64,000 nucleotides of DNA from Selaginella moellendorffii (taxonomy: Eukaryota > Plantae > Lycopodiophyta). The stretch is from assembly GCF_000143415.4 (NCBI RefSeq), contig NW_003314317.1, positions 1,061,183 to 1,125,182 on the forward strand. The letters are read 5' to 3'. This document shows positions 10,322 through 21,769 of the stretch, piece after piece (position 1 is the first letter of the stretch; every line of letters begins with the position of its first letter). The notes under the pieces were generated by a model. That model saw only the letters and a list, made by a program, of their open reading frames with translations, was not told the DNA's origin and made no database searches. The position numbers were made by a program, and so were the translations under genes.

Positions 10322-12844
10322 TTAGAGGCTTTGGGACAGGCGCACCTCTTGGGGCAGCAGCCTGTAGTCGATCTCCAGCTCCTGGAACGAATCCTTGAGA
10401 TGGATGAGGAGATCCGAGCGGCGGATCCACTTCTCGCCCGCGTTCTGGTGATTCATCGTGTGCTGGAGCCACAGGGACATCCGGACCCTGTTCATGTCCT
10501 CGATCTCGCGCATCACCACGTCGTGCTTGGGATGCCAGTGGTGGAGGTGGCTGTCGATGTACCGCTTGATCCTCACCTTGAGCGCGTCGATCTTCTCGGC
10601 AGGGGTGGAGATGTGGAGGCTGAAATCGATGGCGTCGCCCATGTCGGGGCTGCGGTAGAAGTTGCTGATCGGTTTGGTCGCCAGCACGGAATTCGGGTAG
10701 TAGATCTTCTCGTTGTCGTAGCGGAGGAAGACGGTGGTCAGGATGTTCATCTCTTCCACCACCATCTGCATTCGCATTTGCGAAGATCATGAGATCCAGT
10801 CAAGGCAAAAACAAGGAATTCATTCCAGACCTGAACTCCATCGACCACGCAACGATCGCCCACGTCGAAGGGATGCATCGCAAACAAGAAGATGATGGCC
10901 TCGAACACCGTCTTGCATGTGTTGCCAAAGACGAACACCGCTAGAACCAGCTGGGACGAGAGCGCTACGAGCAAGTGCGTCGTCGCGATTCCCAGAATGA
11001 GCAGCCAGATCACGAGGATTATGATCCCCATGATCACGTCCGTGATCCGGTGGAGCTTTTTTACCGCCGTCTTGGTGTCATTGAGCGAGAAGGAGAGCGC
11101 CCGCTTCTCCCGGTATACATTCACCTAAAGAAGAGAGAGATTAAGAACCCTAAAATATAACAGAGGACTTTGAACTCACCACAAAGTTGACGAGCGCTTG
11201 CTTACTGATCTTGCCAGTCTCCATGGCGCCATCGAAGAGCGCGAACGCCTTGATCGCGCACTCCTCGTCGCCCAGGAACCTCATGAGATCGACGAGGGAG
11301 AGGCAGCGGCATCCCGGGCGAGCGGCATTGTTGAAGATGTGCTTGGCCGCCGCCTTGGCCTGCCAGTCGCCCTCCAATCCGCCGCTACCGCCCCCGCAGG
11401 AATCCTCGTCGGAGTCGATGGCGTGCGCCAGCGTCGTGATCCGCGGCGATTTGGCGAGCCGGATGAGCCTCTTCATGTTCCAGGCCGAGACGTTCTTCTG
11501 GTTCATGCGCTGGAGGTGCTCGATGCTAATGGGGCCGCCGCTCTTGTGATCGCCACCGCCACCACCGCCAATGTTCCCGGATTTCTTGAGCAATCGCGGG
11601 TCAGCCTCGCTAGATCTCTTGCCAGCCTCGCCGGATCTCTTGAGCACCTGGCTCGGATTGCCCTGGCTCTCCAGCAGCGGCGGCCCCGAGAGAGACTCGA
11701 GGATGTACTCATTGAAAAGAGACTCCTGGATGCGATCGAAAAAGGTGTTGACGTGAAAGCTGAGCGCGAGCACCTTGACGAGGAGGATCTTGACGAGCCA
11801 GAGCGAGGCGGCGACGAGCAGGCAGATGAGGATCCTGGTGACGATCTCGAGGGCCTTGCGCTCGCGCCGGATGGGCAGCGGGAGGTTTGGATCGAAGAGG
11901 AGGCGCCAGGCCAGGAGGATGATCCCAAACCACAGGCAGTTTTGGACGCCCTTGTGGAGGCCATAGACGAAGTAGACGAGGCGCTTGCGCAGGATGAAGT
12001 TCCGCTCGATGAAGAAGACGAGGAAGCGGATGATCCAGCCCGAGAGGAGGCGGCCGCTGAGGATGACGAGCGCGAGCACCGCCCAGCGCCAGAGATGGAG
12101 GCCCAGGAGCTTGCGGCGCTCGAGCACCGGGATGTTGGTGGTACACACTAGGGCCCCAATGCTGAGCGCCAGAAACCCCCATTCCAAGAACACCCACAGA
12201 TTCCAGGGCTTGTGGATGAGATCGTCGGGCACGTCCAGTGGATCGTCCTCCGCCGCCCCGGTCGCCGATCCTGCCGCTTGAGCGTCCGGGGATTTGTTGA
12301 GAACTCCCGAGGATTTGAGCAGCCCTGACCGGAGAGGTGGCGGCGGTGGATCCCCGAGTCTGGATTTGCAGCGACCGTAGGATGGAATCCTGGAGGCTGC
12401 CTTGGCGGAGGATGGATCGAGCGCTCCAGCTTCGGCGGCGTCAGGGTATCGATCGGACGTGGAGCTGGAGCGGCGCCGCAACGAGGCCTTAGTACTGGGT
12501 GATTCCCAGAATGTGAGCTCGCCGTCCACGCCCACGCCCGGATCGAGCTGGAAATCCCCGGATTCCTTCTGGTGCCTCAGGAATTCGCCGATGAGCTTGG
12601 TGGGAGGATCGATCGACTGCGCAGCCGAGAGAGTGGCGGGATCGTCTTGGAAGAAATAGCTGTTGCTCCGTTCCAGGGATCCCTCTTTCCGCTCGTCCTC
12701 GGCAATGTGGGTGGAATTTCTCGCGAGGCTTGGCTGCCCGGTCGGGGATGGAGCGTCCTCGTCGATCCGGAGAATGACCCTGTCCAGCTTACTCCCAGCA
12801 TTGGCCTCGCCATTCATCATCATCTCCTTGGCCACAGCACCCAT
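10322..12844 (-). CDS. MSL: MscS-like mechanosensitive ion channel (MSL4-10 group); exons 12844-11180, 11124-10831, 10765-10322; about 800 aa
   Basis: TM helices, FFDRIQESLF, FVFGNTCKTVFEAIIFLFAMHPFDVGDRC, VEEMNILTTVFLR and PNSVLATKPISNFYRSP. GT-AG introns of 55 and 65 nt keep the frame. Confidence 0.95.
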
Positions 12845-13283
12845 GGATGGATTCCAATCAATCTTTTCCTTGTGAATCCGCGATCGAGTATCTCCTCTCT
12901 CGCGCTCCTTTCGATTGAATCGATCGATAGCGCCGAAATTCCAAGACAGGAGTCCCGAAATCTAGCTCGAGCTCCTGTTCTCCGCGACAAGGAAATAAAT
13001 GCGAGGAGGGAGGGAGGGGAGAAGATTATTCTATTGCGTGGAAAACACCTACGCGGACAAGAGAGATCGATCGAATTCTCGTCCCATTCCACGCAACGCC
13101 AAGGAGAAAGCGATCGATTTGGACGGATTATAATGAAGAACACATGAGAGCGCGAGTGCGCGAGTGCGCCTGCTTGGTTCCCAGGCGAGGTGTCAACGAA
13201 ACGCAGATTTTGCGGTCAATCTTTCTCTCTCGGCAATTGGGTAGATAGATACATTCGCCGCCCCGCACGAAAAACAACTACGT

Positions 13284-13313
13284 ACGTGGCGCCACGCCAC
13301 CCCTCCACGTGTC
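13284..13313. promoter_or_regulatory. Paired ABRE/G-box motifs upstream of MSL
   Basis: ACGTGGC (13284) and CACGTGTC (13306), about 450 bp upstream of the MSL ATG. Confidence 0.35.
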
Positions 13314-13459
13314 GTTATAGAAAGCCACTTTTTCCGATCAGGAGAATATGCCGCACGATGGTTGCCGAAATCCAAAGAAAGTTCCTGGATTAAAGTTCTC
13401 TAGGTGGAGCCTAAGAATTTGGGTGATTTCCAGAGAGAAAGTTAAAAAGAAGATACGAT

Positions 13460-13900
13460 GAATATGGAGGGGTCAGATCCTGGTTAACGTGGATGGCAGT
13501 GTGAAAAATATGAAACGTCCAACCCTTTGGAAACACATAGCTCCAGGGACAAAAAGGATTAAATTCAATAGCAAAGTTACTTCTTACACCATTGTATTCT
13601 ATTTCATTTCTCTGACTGGAATTGCATTGTCTCGTCAACAAGACGAGTTGTCACTTGTATCATCCCATGTCAAAGAGACTTTCTCGAAGAATTCTTTGGC
13701 CTTCTCCCTGCTGCGCGACCGAGATTGATGTGACAAGAAGACAAAGCGTTGGTTTGTTGCCAGATGTTGTCACGAAGTCAGCAAATCCAAGCCCTACGAA
13801 TGGCTTTGGCATGAGGATCCAAAAGGGCAAAGGGGAGTAGTGTGCTGCCCAAAGAATGCTGGTTTGTCAAGAGAGGTCGTCATGTGTGATCTTGCAAATA
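13460..13900 (-). pseudogene. Degraded cytochrome P450 fragments (paralog of 14189-15956)
   Basis: YVFPKGWTFHIFHTAIHVN (13480-13540), FFGQHTTP (about 13835-13860) and a QRILRE-like block (about 13680-13710) match exons of the adjacent P450, with deletions and frameshifts. Confidence 0.75.
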
Positions 13901-14188
13901 ACAGCTTCAGATTGACAAATTCCACAATCTCAGACACGAACACTTTCAACAGGCGATCCAACCCTTGGACGGGGTAGCCGAATTTAAAAGAGGTAAAAAA
14001 GACCTCTTGCAACGTAGTGTCTCCACCTTTTCGAAGACATGAAGATCAATGGAAGAATCACAAGCGGCTCCACAAGAGCGCCATATCCTTTTTCACTCCA
14101 CGAGGAACTTCCTCTTGTTTTTATCAAGAATATGCGACAAAGCTTTTCTCAGTCATGGCGATCTCTCTAGGTAGGCTAGCAGCACAAG

Positions 14189-15956
14189 TCATTTGCGGTT
14201 GATTTCCACAACGTATCCGTCTTCTGGGATTCGCAGTGGCCAGTTTCTTATTGCCCCGTTTGGAGCTTTCGGCTTCCAGCTGCGAGAAGGAATTGTTTTT
14301 TCTTTTGAAGAACTTTAGGAAACTTAAGTACCTGTACTGTGTTACTAGCCTGTGAAAGAAAACGAGGATTTCCAGTTTAGCAAGCTCGGCACCAGGACAA
14401 GTTCGCAAACCGCATCCAAATCCAATGAGAGTTCCCGGTTTTTGTGGAACCTGCGAAGTATGGTAAGGGTTTTCTTCGTAGCAAATCGAAAGAAAGTTTT
14501 AATACGAGGAATCTGGAGGGGTCAAATTTATAAGGATCAGCGAAATAATCTTCGTTCAGGTGGATGGCAGTGTGGAAAATGTGAAGCGTCCATCCCTTTG
14601 GAAACACATAGCCTGGAATCCATTGAAAACAGGAGGAGCAAATTTTATAGCAAAACCACTTAGAGCTGTTTACCATTGTACTCGACAGTGTGTTTCATCT
14701 CTCTGACCAGCATTCCTCCAGTTGCAGATCTTAGAGTCTCCTGAAGAACACGCATAGTCACTGGCATTCTTCTTGTATCCTCCCATGTCAAGTGAGGTTG
14801 CTCTCTTTCTCGAAGAATTTTCTGGTGTTCTTCCTGCAAGCGCGAACAATTAATATAGAAGAAGAACTGTCTTTTGTAGGATTTACCACAAGTTCCTTCA
14901 AGATTTCGGGATTTTCTTGCAAGCGTTTCATCATCCACACGAGCGTGAGAGGAGTAGTGTGCTGCCCTGCAAAGAGCAAACCAACAATATTGTCCTCAAT
15001 CTGCTGGTTTGTTGAGTTGAGGTCCTCGTCATTCATGAGCTTATGCAAGAGGTCGTCATGCGTGATCTTGGAAATCCTCCTCTCGTTTATCAATCGATCA
15101 AGGTGATAGTGAAGACGTTTCCGAGCCTGGATATGGTTTCAAATCAGTTCGCAAAGAATTTCTCCAAGACTTACCTGAAGCGCTCGATGGTAATCAGTGA
15201 ACGGGAGATTTATGGGAAGCTTAAACAAGCCTCTAGAAGCCACGGTTACATCGTGCATGAAATCTCCCGTTTTGGTTTGAAAAATACGCGGGTCATCACA
15301 AATAAACGCGGTGACAACGTCGAAAGTTAACTGCAAGAACAGAACAAGAGCTTAGAACTGGCAAAGCTCACAAATCACAGATACCTGTAGTGTTTCTTCC
15401 AAAACGGTAACACATCCCTTCCGTTGCCAAGAAGTCAATAAGTCCATAGCAATCTTGTCAAACCTTTGGACATGATTCTTGAGAGCATCACCACTCATGG
15501 AGCTCAGTATTGCTCGGTGATATCTTGCATGTGTTGCTCCTTCCACATATCCCACACTTTCTTTTCCGACAATCAAGAAGCCCGAGTTTGAAGGGGAGCA
15601 ACAATTCCTTGCTCCAGGATTTGTGAGGAAAAACTTTACAGCTTCGGGAGTACTGATAACAATACTTTGACGTCCGAACAAGTGAGCCGAAAAAATGTCC
15701 CCAAATCTGTTGGGAATGGAAAACGAGAACAGAAAAAGCTTGAAAGATGAAAAAGAAAAGAGAAAAATTACCTCTTGCGACGCTGGAAAACGAAATCCTC
15801 AGCTGTGCCTCGCAGAAGTTGTATTGTCTCGCCAAGAATGGGCAAGCCTCGATTGCCTGGTGGTGTTTGCATGGAGCCACTCTTTCTTTTTGACGATATA
15901 AGGAATGCAGCCACTGCAGGGATCACAAGCAGCAAGTAGAGACTCCACAGCGCCAT
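14189..15956 (-). CDS. Cytochrome P450, CYP85 clan, about 8 exons
   Basis: N-terminal TM anchor followed by PPGNRGLPILGET; I-helix LLFAGQHTT; K-helix ETLR; FDPSRF; heme motif FGCGLRTCPG; short GT-AG introns. Confidence 0.9.
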
Positions 15957-16325
15957 AACTTTCCTCCTTACAACCTGATAACTTCGTCTTAGTTTTATCG
16001 TTTCCAAGCGTGCACTCGCAATGTTTCGGACAGAACGAGGACTTCATAACTTTTTGCGTTTTGGCGATTTCTCGAGGTAGCAAATGCCGACAATATTCAT
16101 TTGTCATTTACTAATCCAATGGGAATCTGGATGAACTTCTATCACCTGTCTCGAGCAAGCTATTTAACTTCATTTTCCAGCTATTGACATGTCTGTAAAC
16201 CCACCAAATTATATGATGGATCGATCATAAAACAGCTTAGCTTCAAAGCAAGTGTTTTCGGAACCAAGCTATAAAGTCTTTGTGAGCCTCCTCCGCATTC
16301 TTCACTGTGGTTTTGTTCTTCACAT
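15765..16325. repeat. Direct repeat (P450 exon 1 + spacer + DLH last-exon end); partner about 30063-30590
   Basis: Collinear high similarity, e.g. ttacctcttgcgacgctgga and gcttcaaagcaagtg.tttcggaaccaagctataaagtc in both copies. Confidence 0.85.
16243..16325 (-). pseudogene. Orphan 3' end of a dienelactone-hydrolase-family gene
   Basis: Encodes ...VKNAEEAHKDFIAWFRKHLL*, matching the last exon at 30507-30590. Confidence 0.75.
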
Positions 16326-17299
16326 CAGAGTCAATTTGGACAATTCGGAGTCAAATGCGAGTTGAGTGGGACTCAATGAAGTGGATTTAGAATGACATGG
16401 TGTGCACAATTCAAAACTGCAAAACACTGCATGACATGTCATTGGCATGTTTGTCATATCATCACTGCCACAGGGCGAGATTAAGATATGGAAGTGTACT
16501 TCATAAGAAAGAAGCAAGAAAAGTATTACAGACTTAAAAATCATATGCAATCAACTTACTCAATGTCCTCAAGTGCAATGGCCTGTAGAGAAGCTAGAGG
16601 CATGACCATGAGCTGTGCCTTAATTGGCAAAACCACAATTACTTGCAGTACATCCTGTGGAAGCTGGTTCATTCTGGAATGATTAGACCATCATCGAGTT
16701 TGGCTCTTGGGTGGGTGTATAGTACAATCATGTAAAGGTTGTGATCATAGCAATAGAATGACCATACATCACAACTGACAAAGTCCTTCTGGTTTACCCA
16801 TCACAACCTAAGTCTCTCTTCTACAAAAGAATGCAATGAGACACAAATGAAGAGAACAAAACTAACAAAATTCTTACATATTGTCACTATTTGTAACTTT
16901 GATAAGTCTTGCAATATATATTATGACATTAAGCATTATAAATCATGAATTAAAAAACAATATCTTTTTTATATAATTTTTAATATATTATGATATTGTG
17001 AATGCTAGGGATATAGGAATAGGTATATTGATTTAAACCTCTGCTTATATACAAGAATGGATGGATTAGATTTAGTTTCAAATAGAGAGTCTATATGTTA
17101 TAGTACTATAATTAATGTATTAGACAGGGTAATACATGTATATACATATAAATGTTACACCATCTTAAAGATGAAAAAGTGATAATAATAAGTCAGATGG
17201 AATATTTTGAGCTTTTGTAGGGTGAATATAAACTACTACAAAGAGGTCTTTAAACAAATATTTAGATATACTGACAATTGTGATGATACCTTTTAACAA

Positions 17300-20200
17300 T
17301 TGCATTGTCTTTGTCAAAGGTTATCTATGCAATTTGGCATTCGTTTTTTAAGCCTTTTGCTTTGTGCAGAGCCAAATATGTTGGAGTGGATTAAGCTAAG
17401 AATGTTGTGGCCAGTACTTCGTCAAGATTTTGTCGAACTTGTGTATGCATTTACTCTAGCCACCCTTGATAATGTTTTTCGTTTAGCACAATGTTATGAG
17501 ACATCACTTTTTCCACTTCTTGTTGCACGTCTTTCAGCTCCACTTTTTGTGGGTGATGGTCCTATTCTAATGGAGGTTGATGCTGTTGCTGCTTAAGTTC
17601 AAGGACAAGGGCGAGAATGCAGTCATGGCCGTGATGTTCGCTGCTAAGCGTGTGATGAAGTTGGTCATACTTTTCGGCATTGTCGGCGTTTTCCAGATTT
17701 GAGGCCTCTATTTTTTGGTGGAGACCTTGGCATCAACAACGTTCTATTAGTGTTGCTGTAGTGGAAGGTTTGGATACCGAGATGCATCCGGGAAACAAGG
17801 AGTTGCATAAGTAACAGAGGGACCTTGCGCGAATAAGTAAATGACTCCTTCATCTTTTTTTCGGGAGTATCATCAAGGGTTCATTTGGCACTAGTTTAGC
17901 TCACTTTCCAAGCTCATTTTTATAACAAAAGGTTTTTTATTGTTCTCTTTGTATTAGTTGATATAGGTCCAAATTTATCTTCTATTGCTCAATTTGTTAC
18001 CACACATTGCCGTTTACACTTGTGTCATGCGGTGGACTTAGTTTTCATTCTTTATGGCAACGGTCGTGCACATGCATGTGCACGGGATGAGGTGGATTTA
18101 GTTGTGCGTGTGAGCAATCTTAAGGTTGGGTTCTAATCATTTGGGGGTGGTGTCGAGTCAAGTTTTTTACCTCATCCTTGGTATGGATTGGTTGCAATGC
18201 AATCATGCTAAATGTGACTTTAAGGTTTCTTCCCTTTGTTTTATACTTTTTTATATTTCATCCATTCCTCTCAATTCTGTACCTCTTTGTCCCTTTGCTT
18301 CTACTTCTGCTTCCATTACTTTTATCCCCCCACTACTTCCTTCTATGTTTCCGTTTTGTTCTGCTCTTCCCTTTTCCAATCCCTCAGATAGTCTTTGTGT
18401 TGCAGTGGTTGACCGGCTCATAAATGAGTATGGCAATCTCTTTGAATTTGACTTATCATCTAGGGCTAAGATTGCCACACGTCATCCAATTCCAATTGAG
18501 GATGCTCGTCCAATCAAAGATCCTATTCATTGTTGGTCATCCAAAGAGATTAAGATTTTATGTGCAAACGTTAAAGAGATATTGAAAAAAAGTATTATTC
18601 GAAAGTTGCAGAGTTGTTAGGTATATGAACCTCATTTTGTGACGAAGCCTAATGGGAGTATTAAATAAAGTGATGATTTTGGATGTGTACCCTCTTCCTC
18701 ACCCTGTTGATCTCTTGGATCGTTCGGGGAGAAGTTGTTAATTCACCAAGCTAAATTTTATTTTTGGGTATTAGCAAATATCGATGGCCGAAGAAGATAT
18801 TTTTAAGATTGTTTTTCGTACATGTTTGGTTTGTACAAATTTTTGGTGATGTTGTTTAGTTTGAACAATGCTCCAACAACTTTTTAACGGATAATGGATA
18901 AAGTTCTTTATGATATGCCAAAGGTGATTGGTGACTTCATTGATGATATCTTGATTCACTCAAAAGGGATATGGGAGGAGCATGTCTATGATGTTTGTAA
19001 AGTGTTGGATTGGCTATGTGACATTAGTTTAAAACTAAAGTAGTTGAAGTGTGTGTTTAGGTCCAAGGACATGACTTATTTTGGGTACCATATTTCTCGT
19101 GAGGGTTTGCAAATTGATCATGACAAACTTATGGTTGTTCTAAAGTTCCCTACTCTGAAGTGTATGAATGATGTGTAGCACTTCTTGGGAAGGTGTAGTA
19201 AATTTTCATTTTGCATATTGATGCTTCTGATATTGGTCTTGGAGGTGTATTGATGCAAAAAAACCCGAGTCTGCCTGGTCAGTGCCATCATATTGCATAT
19301 ATAAGCCGTACATTACAACCAATGGAAGTGAACTACTCCACAATAGAGGAGTGTTTAGCAGCAGTCTAGGATTTAAGAAACTTCATGCATATCTATGTGA
19401 AGAAGGAAGAGGAGTTCAAGAAAGGGCATCAACATCAGCCATAGAACTCTCTAAGCAATGAACAATATCAAAATCATATATCTGAAGCTTCAAAGCCCAT
19501 TGAGCAATACGACCAATTAGGTTATTCTGTTTCAATAATAAAGTAATAGTAGCATGATCACCTTCTAATAACGTCCAAAAACCATCATATTTTTAACAAG
19601 CCTATTATTCCAACATTTGTGGATTTTCTAGACGAGGATTTTGGACTATTGGTTATTCCTGTACTTGACGTTTAGTGTCCACAAGGTGCAACACAAAATC
19701 TACCTTTTTTTGATAAGGTTTGCAAGGCTCAAAAGATTGATCTATGGATTCGAAGGTTTCTAGATGGGTTTGAGAATCCTGCATTACTTGTTGATGACTT
19801 ACTATTCCGGCATTTACATTCTCAATATTGCCTTGAAGACAACCTTCTTTATTTTGTGGGGACAGATTCTGATAATCATTTACGGCTGGTGGTGCCTTCT
19901 GTATTTATTCCATAATTTCTCCATGCCTACCATGATTCGTTTATTCTATGTGGGCATATGGGACATCATCGTATAATCAAGAAGCTGCACAGGCTTTTTT
20001 ATTGGCCGGAGATGCAACGTGATGTTATCTGGTATATGCGTAGTTGCATTTGGTGCCAAGCTCATAATACTCCCTCTCGTGCTGCGAAAGGATGATTGGA
20101 GTCAATTGTAATTTCCTGTCCATTTGAGTTGGTGGTATTTGATCTTATGGGATCTTTTCCGTGATCGATTACTAGCAATGAATATGTTATTATTTTTTTT

Positions 20201-21241
20201 AACTATTTGACTCATTGGGTGGAAGTTAGTGCTCTTGCTAGCGCCTCTGCAACTACTGTTGGATAATTCCTCCTTAATCGAGTGGTATTTTAGCATTTTT
20301 GTTCAAAGTGAATTCTTTCGGATAATGGTCCCGCATTTGATTGGGGATATGTCACACTTTCACGAGTGCTTATCATCTATAGTCAGATGGTTTGGTGGAA
20401 TGACTCATTCAAACATTCAAAGGAATGATTGCAAAGTACATGAGCTTTCAATATTTGGATTGAGATGGTTATTTACCATTTATTTGGTATGCATATATTA
20501 TAAGACTGTAGAGTTCTGTTAATGCTTCACCATATAAACTCCTATATGGTCATGATCCAATATTACCAATGGAGTTAGGTTTACCTTCGCAGTTGCTACA
20601 AGCTGCCGATGCTAGGTTGTGGGATCAATATTTGACGAGCATTCTTCTACTTGTTTAAGTAAAATCTACTGAACACTTAGGCTGCATATTAATGGGACAA
20701 CAACGATGCTACAATTCCCATTATTGTCCACTTACAAAGTACAAAGTGGATAACTTGGTGTTAATCCGTTTTCCCCATTTTACGGTATGTGGTTTATCTA
20801 AGGGGCTTTTTGCTCAGTGGAAAGGACCGTATCAAGTGTTGTAGCAATTTGGACCACAAGTTTATGAGGTTTGGCATGACATCCAGCAGGCCAATCCTCT
20901 AGAAATTGTGCATGTGTAACGGTTAAAACGCTTCGTACAAAGGGATTAAAAACAATTGATACCACCTACAGATCTACCGATACCTCCTCTTGACATTCAT
21001 TCAGATCCTAGCCCATCTATAAAAGAACTCTGATGGTCTTTCATTATTCTGAGAGGAGGGGATGATGTGAGGTCCAAATGTATAGTTATGATACCATATA
21101 TTAATATTAGCATAGTGGGATTTTGATAACCATCAAATTGGTTTCAATCTGGACCACTCCGCTTTGTATATAAGTTAGAGTCTTTGGGCTAATTAATATG
21201 CACATTTTTTGTATTCCCTTTCCATATTCCATACACTCACA
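17300..21241 (+). mobile_element. Heavily decayed Ty3/Gypsy LTR retrotransposon
   Basis: Order gag zinc-knuckle remnant (about 17640), protease, RT (FIDDILIHS about 18940), RNase H (HIDASDIGLGGVLMQ about 19215), integrase HHCC (about 19930-20060), WKGPYQV (about 20820), PPT (21051-21065), LTR. Many stops and frameshifts; no direct-orientation 5' LTR found. Confidence 0.85.
21066..21241 (+). repeat. 3' LTR of the Gypsy element (176 bp)
   Basis: Bounded by TGTGAG...CTCACA and directly preceded by the polypurine tract gagaggaggggatga. Confidence 0.7.
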
Positions 21242-21615
21242 AATGTTACACTATATAATCTAGAAACACAAAAATGATCTCCAAAGCACTACCACTCATG
21301 ACTACTAACATCCCACTATTCATAAATAAATAAGAAATAATAATTGTATCATAACTTAGTTGTCCTACTTTCTAATATAACCTAAAGGCAAATATGAGCA
21401 TAAATATTGCTAGTAAAGTTATAATAAAATTTAGTATTAATTTATGAAAGAGATTTATAAGTTAAATTTTATTGCTTTAGGACCTATTAAACTAGTTTTC
21501 ATATGAATGTTTTGACATGATTTTATCAAAGCATAGTTATAAAACTAGAAATGAATCTAGTTATCAAAAGCATGTTATATATCTAATAATTTGCTGTGTG
21601 TTGCATGTGTAATAC

Positions 21616-21769
21616 AGAAAGAAAAGCGGAGTAAGAACAACAGATTTCACTTCGACACACCCATTGATTCATATATGGCTGTATATATATACAACTTCAA
21701 CCAAATCAGAAATCACCAAAGATCTGATCACGATTCAGACTGTTTGTCGTGTTCATCATTATTCCTACA
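21616..21769 (-). repeat. Copia 3' LTR
   Basis: Direct repeat of 26119-26272 with about 8 transitions. Confidence 0.95.

Noticed and set aside
16330-16860. Possible peroxidase or hydrolase relic
   Set aside because: Only a weak GHS-like word among many stops; not supportable.
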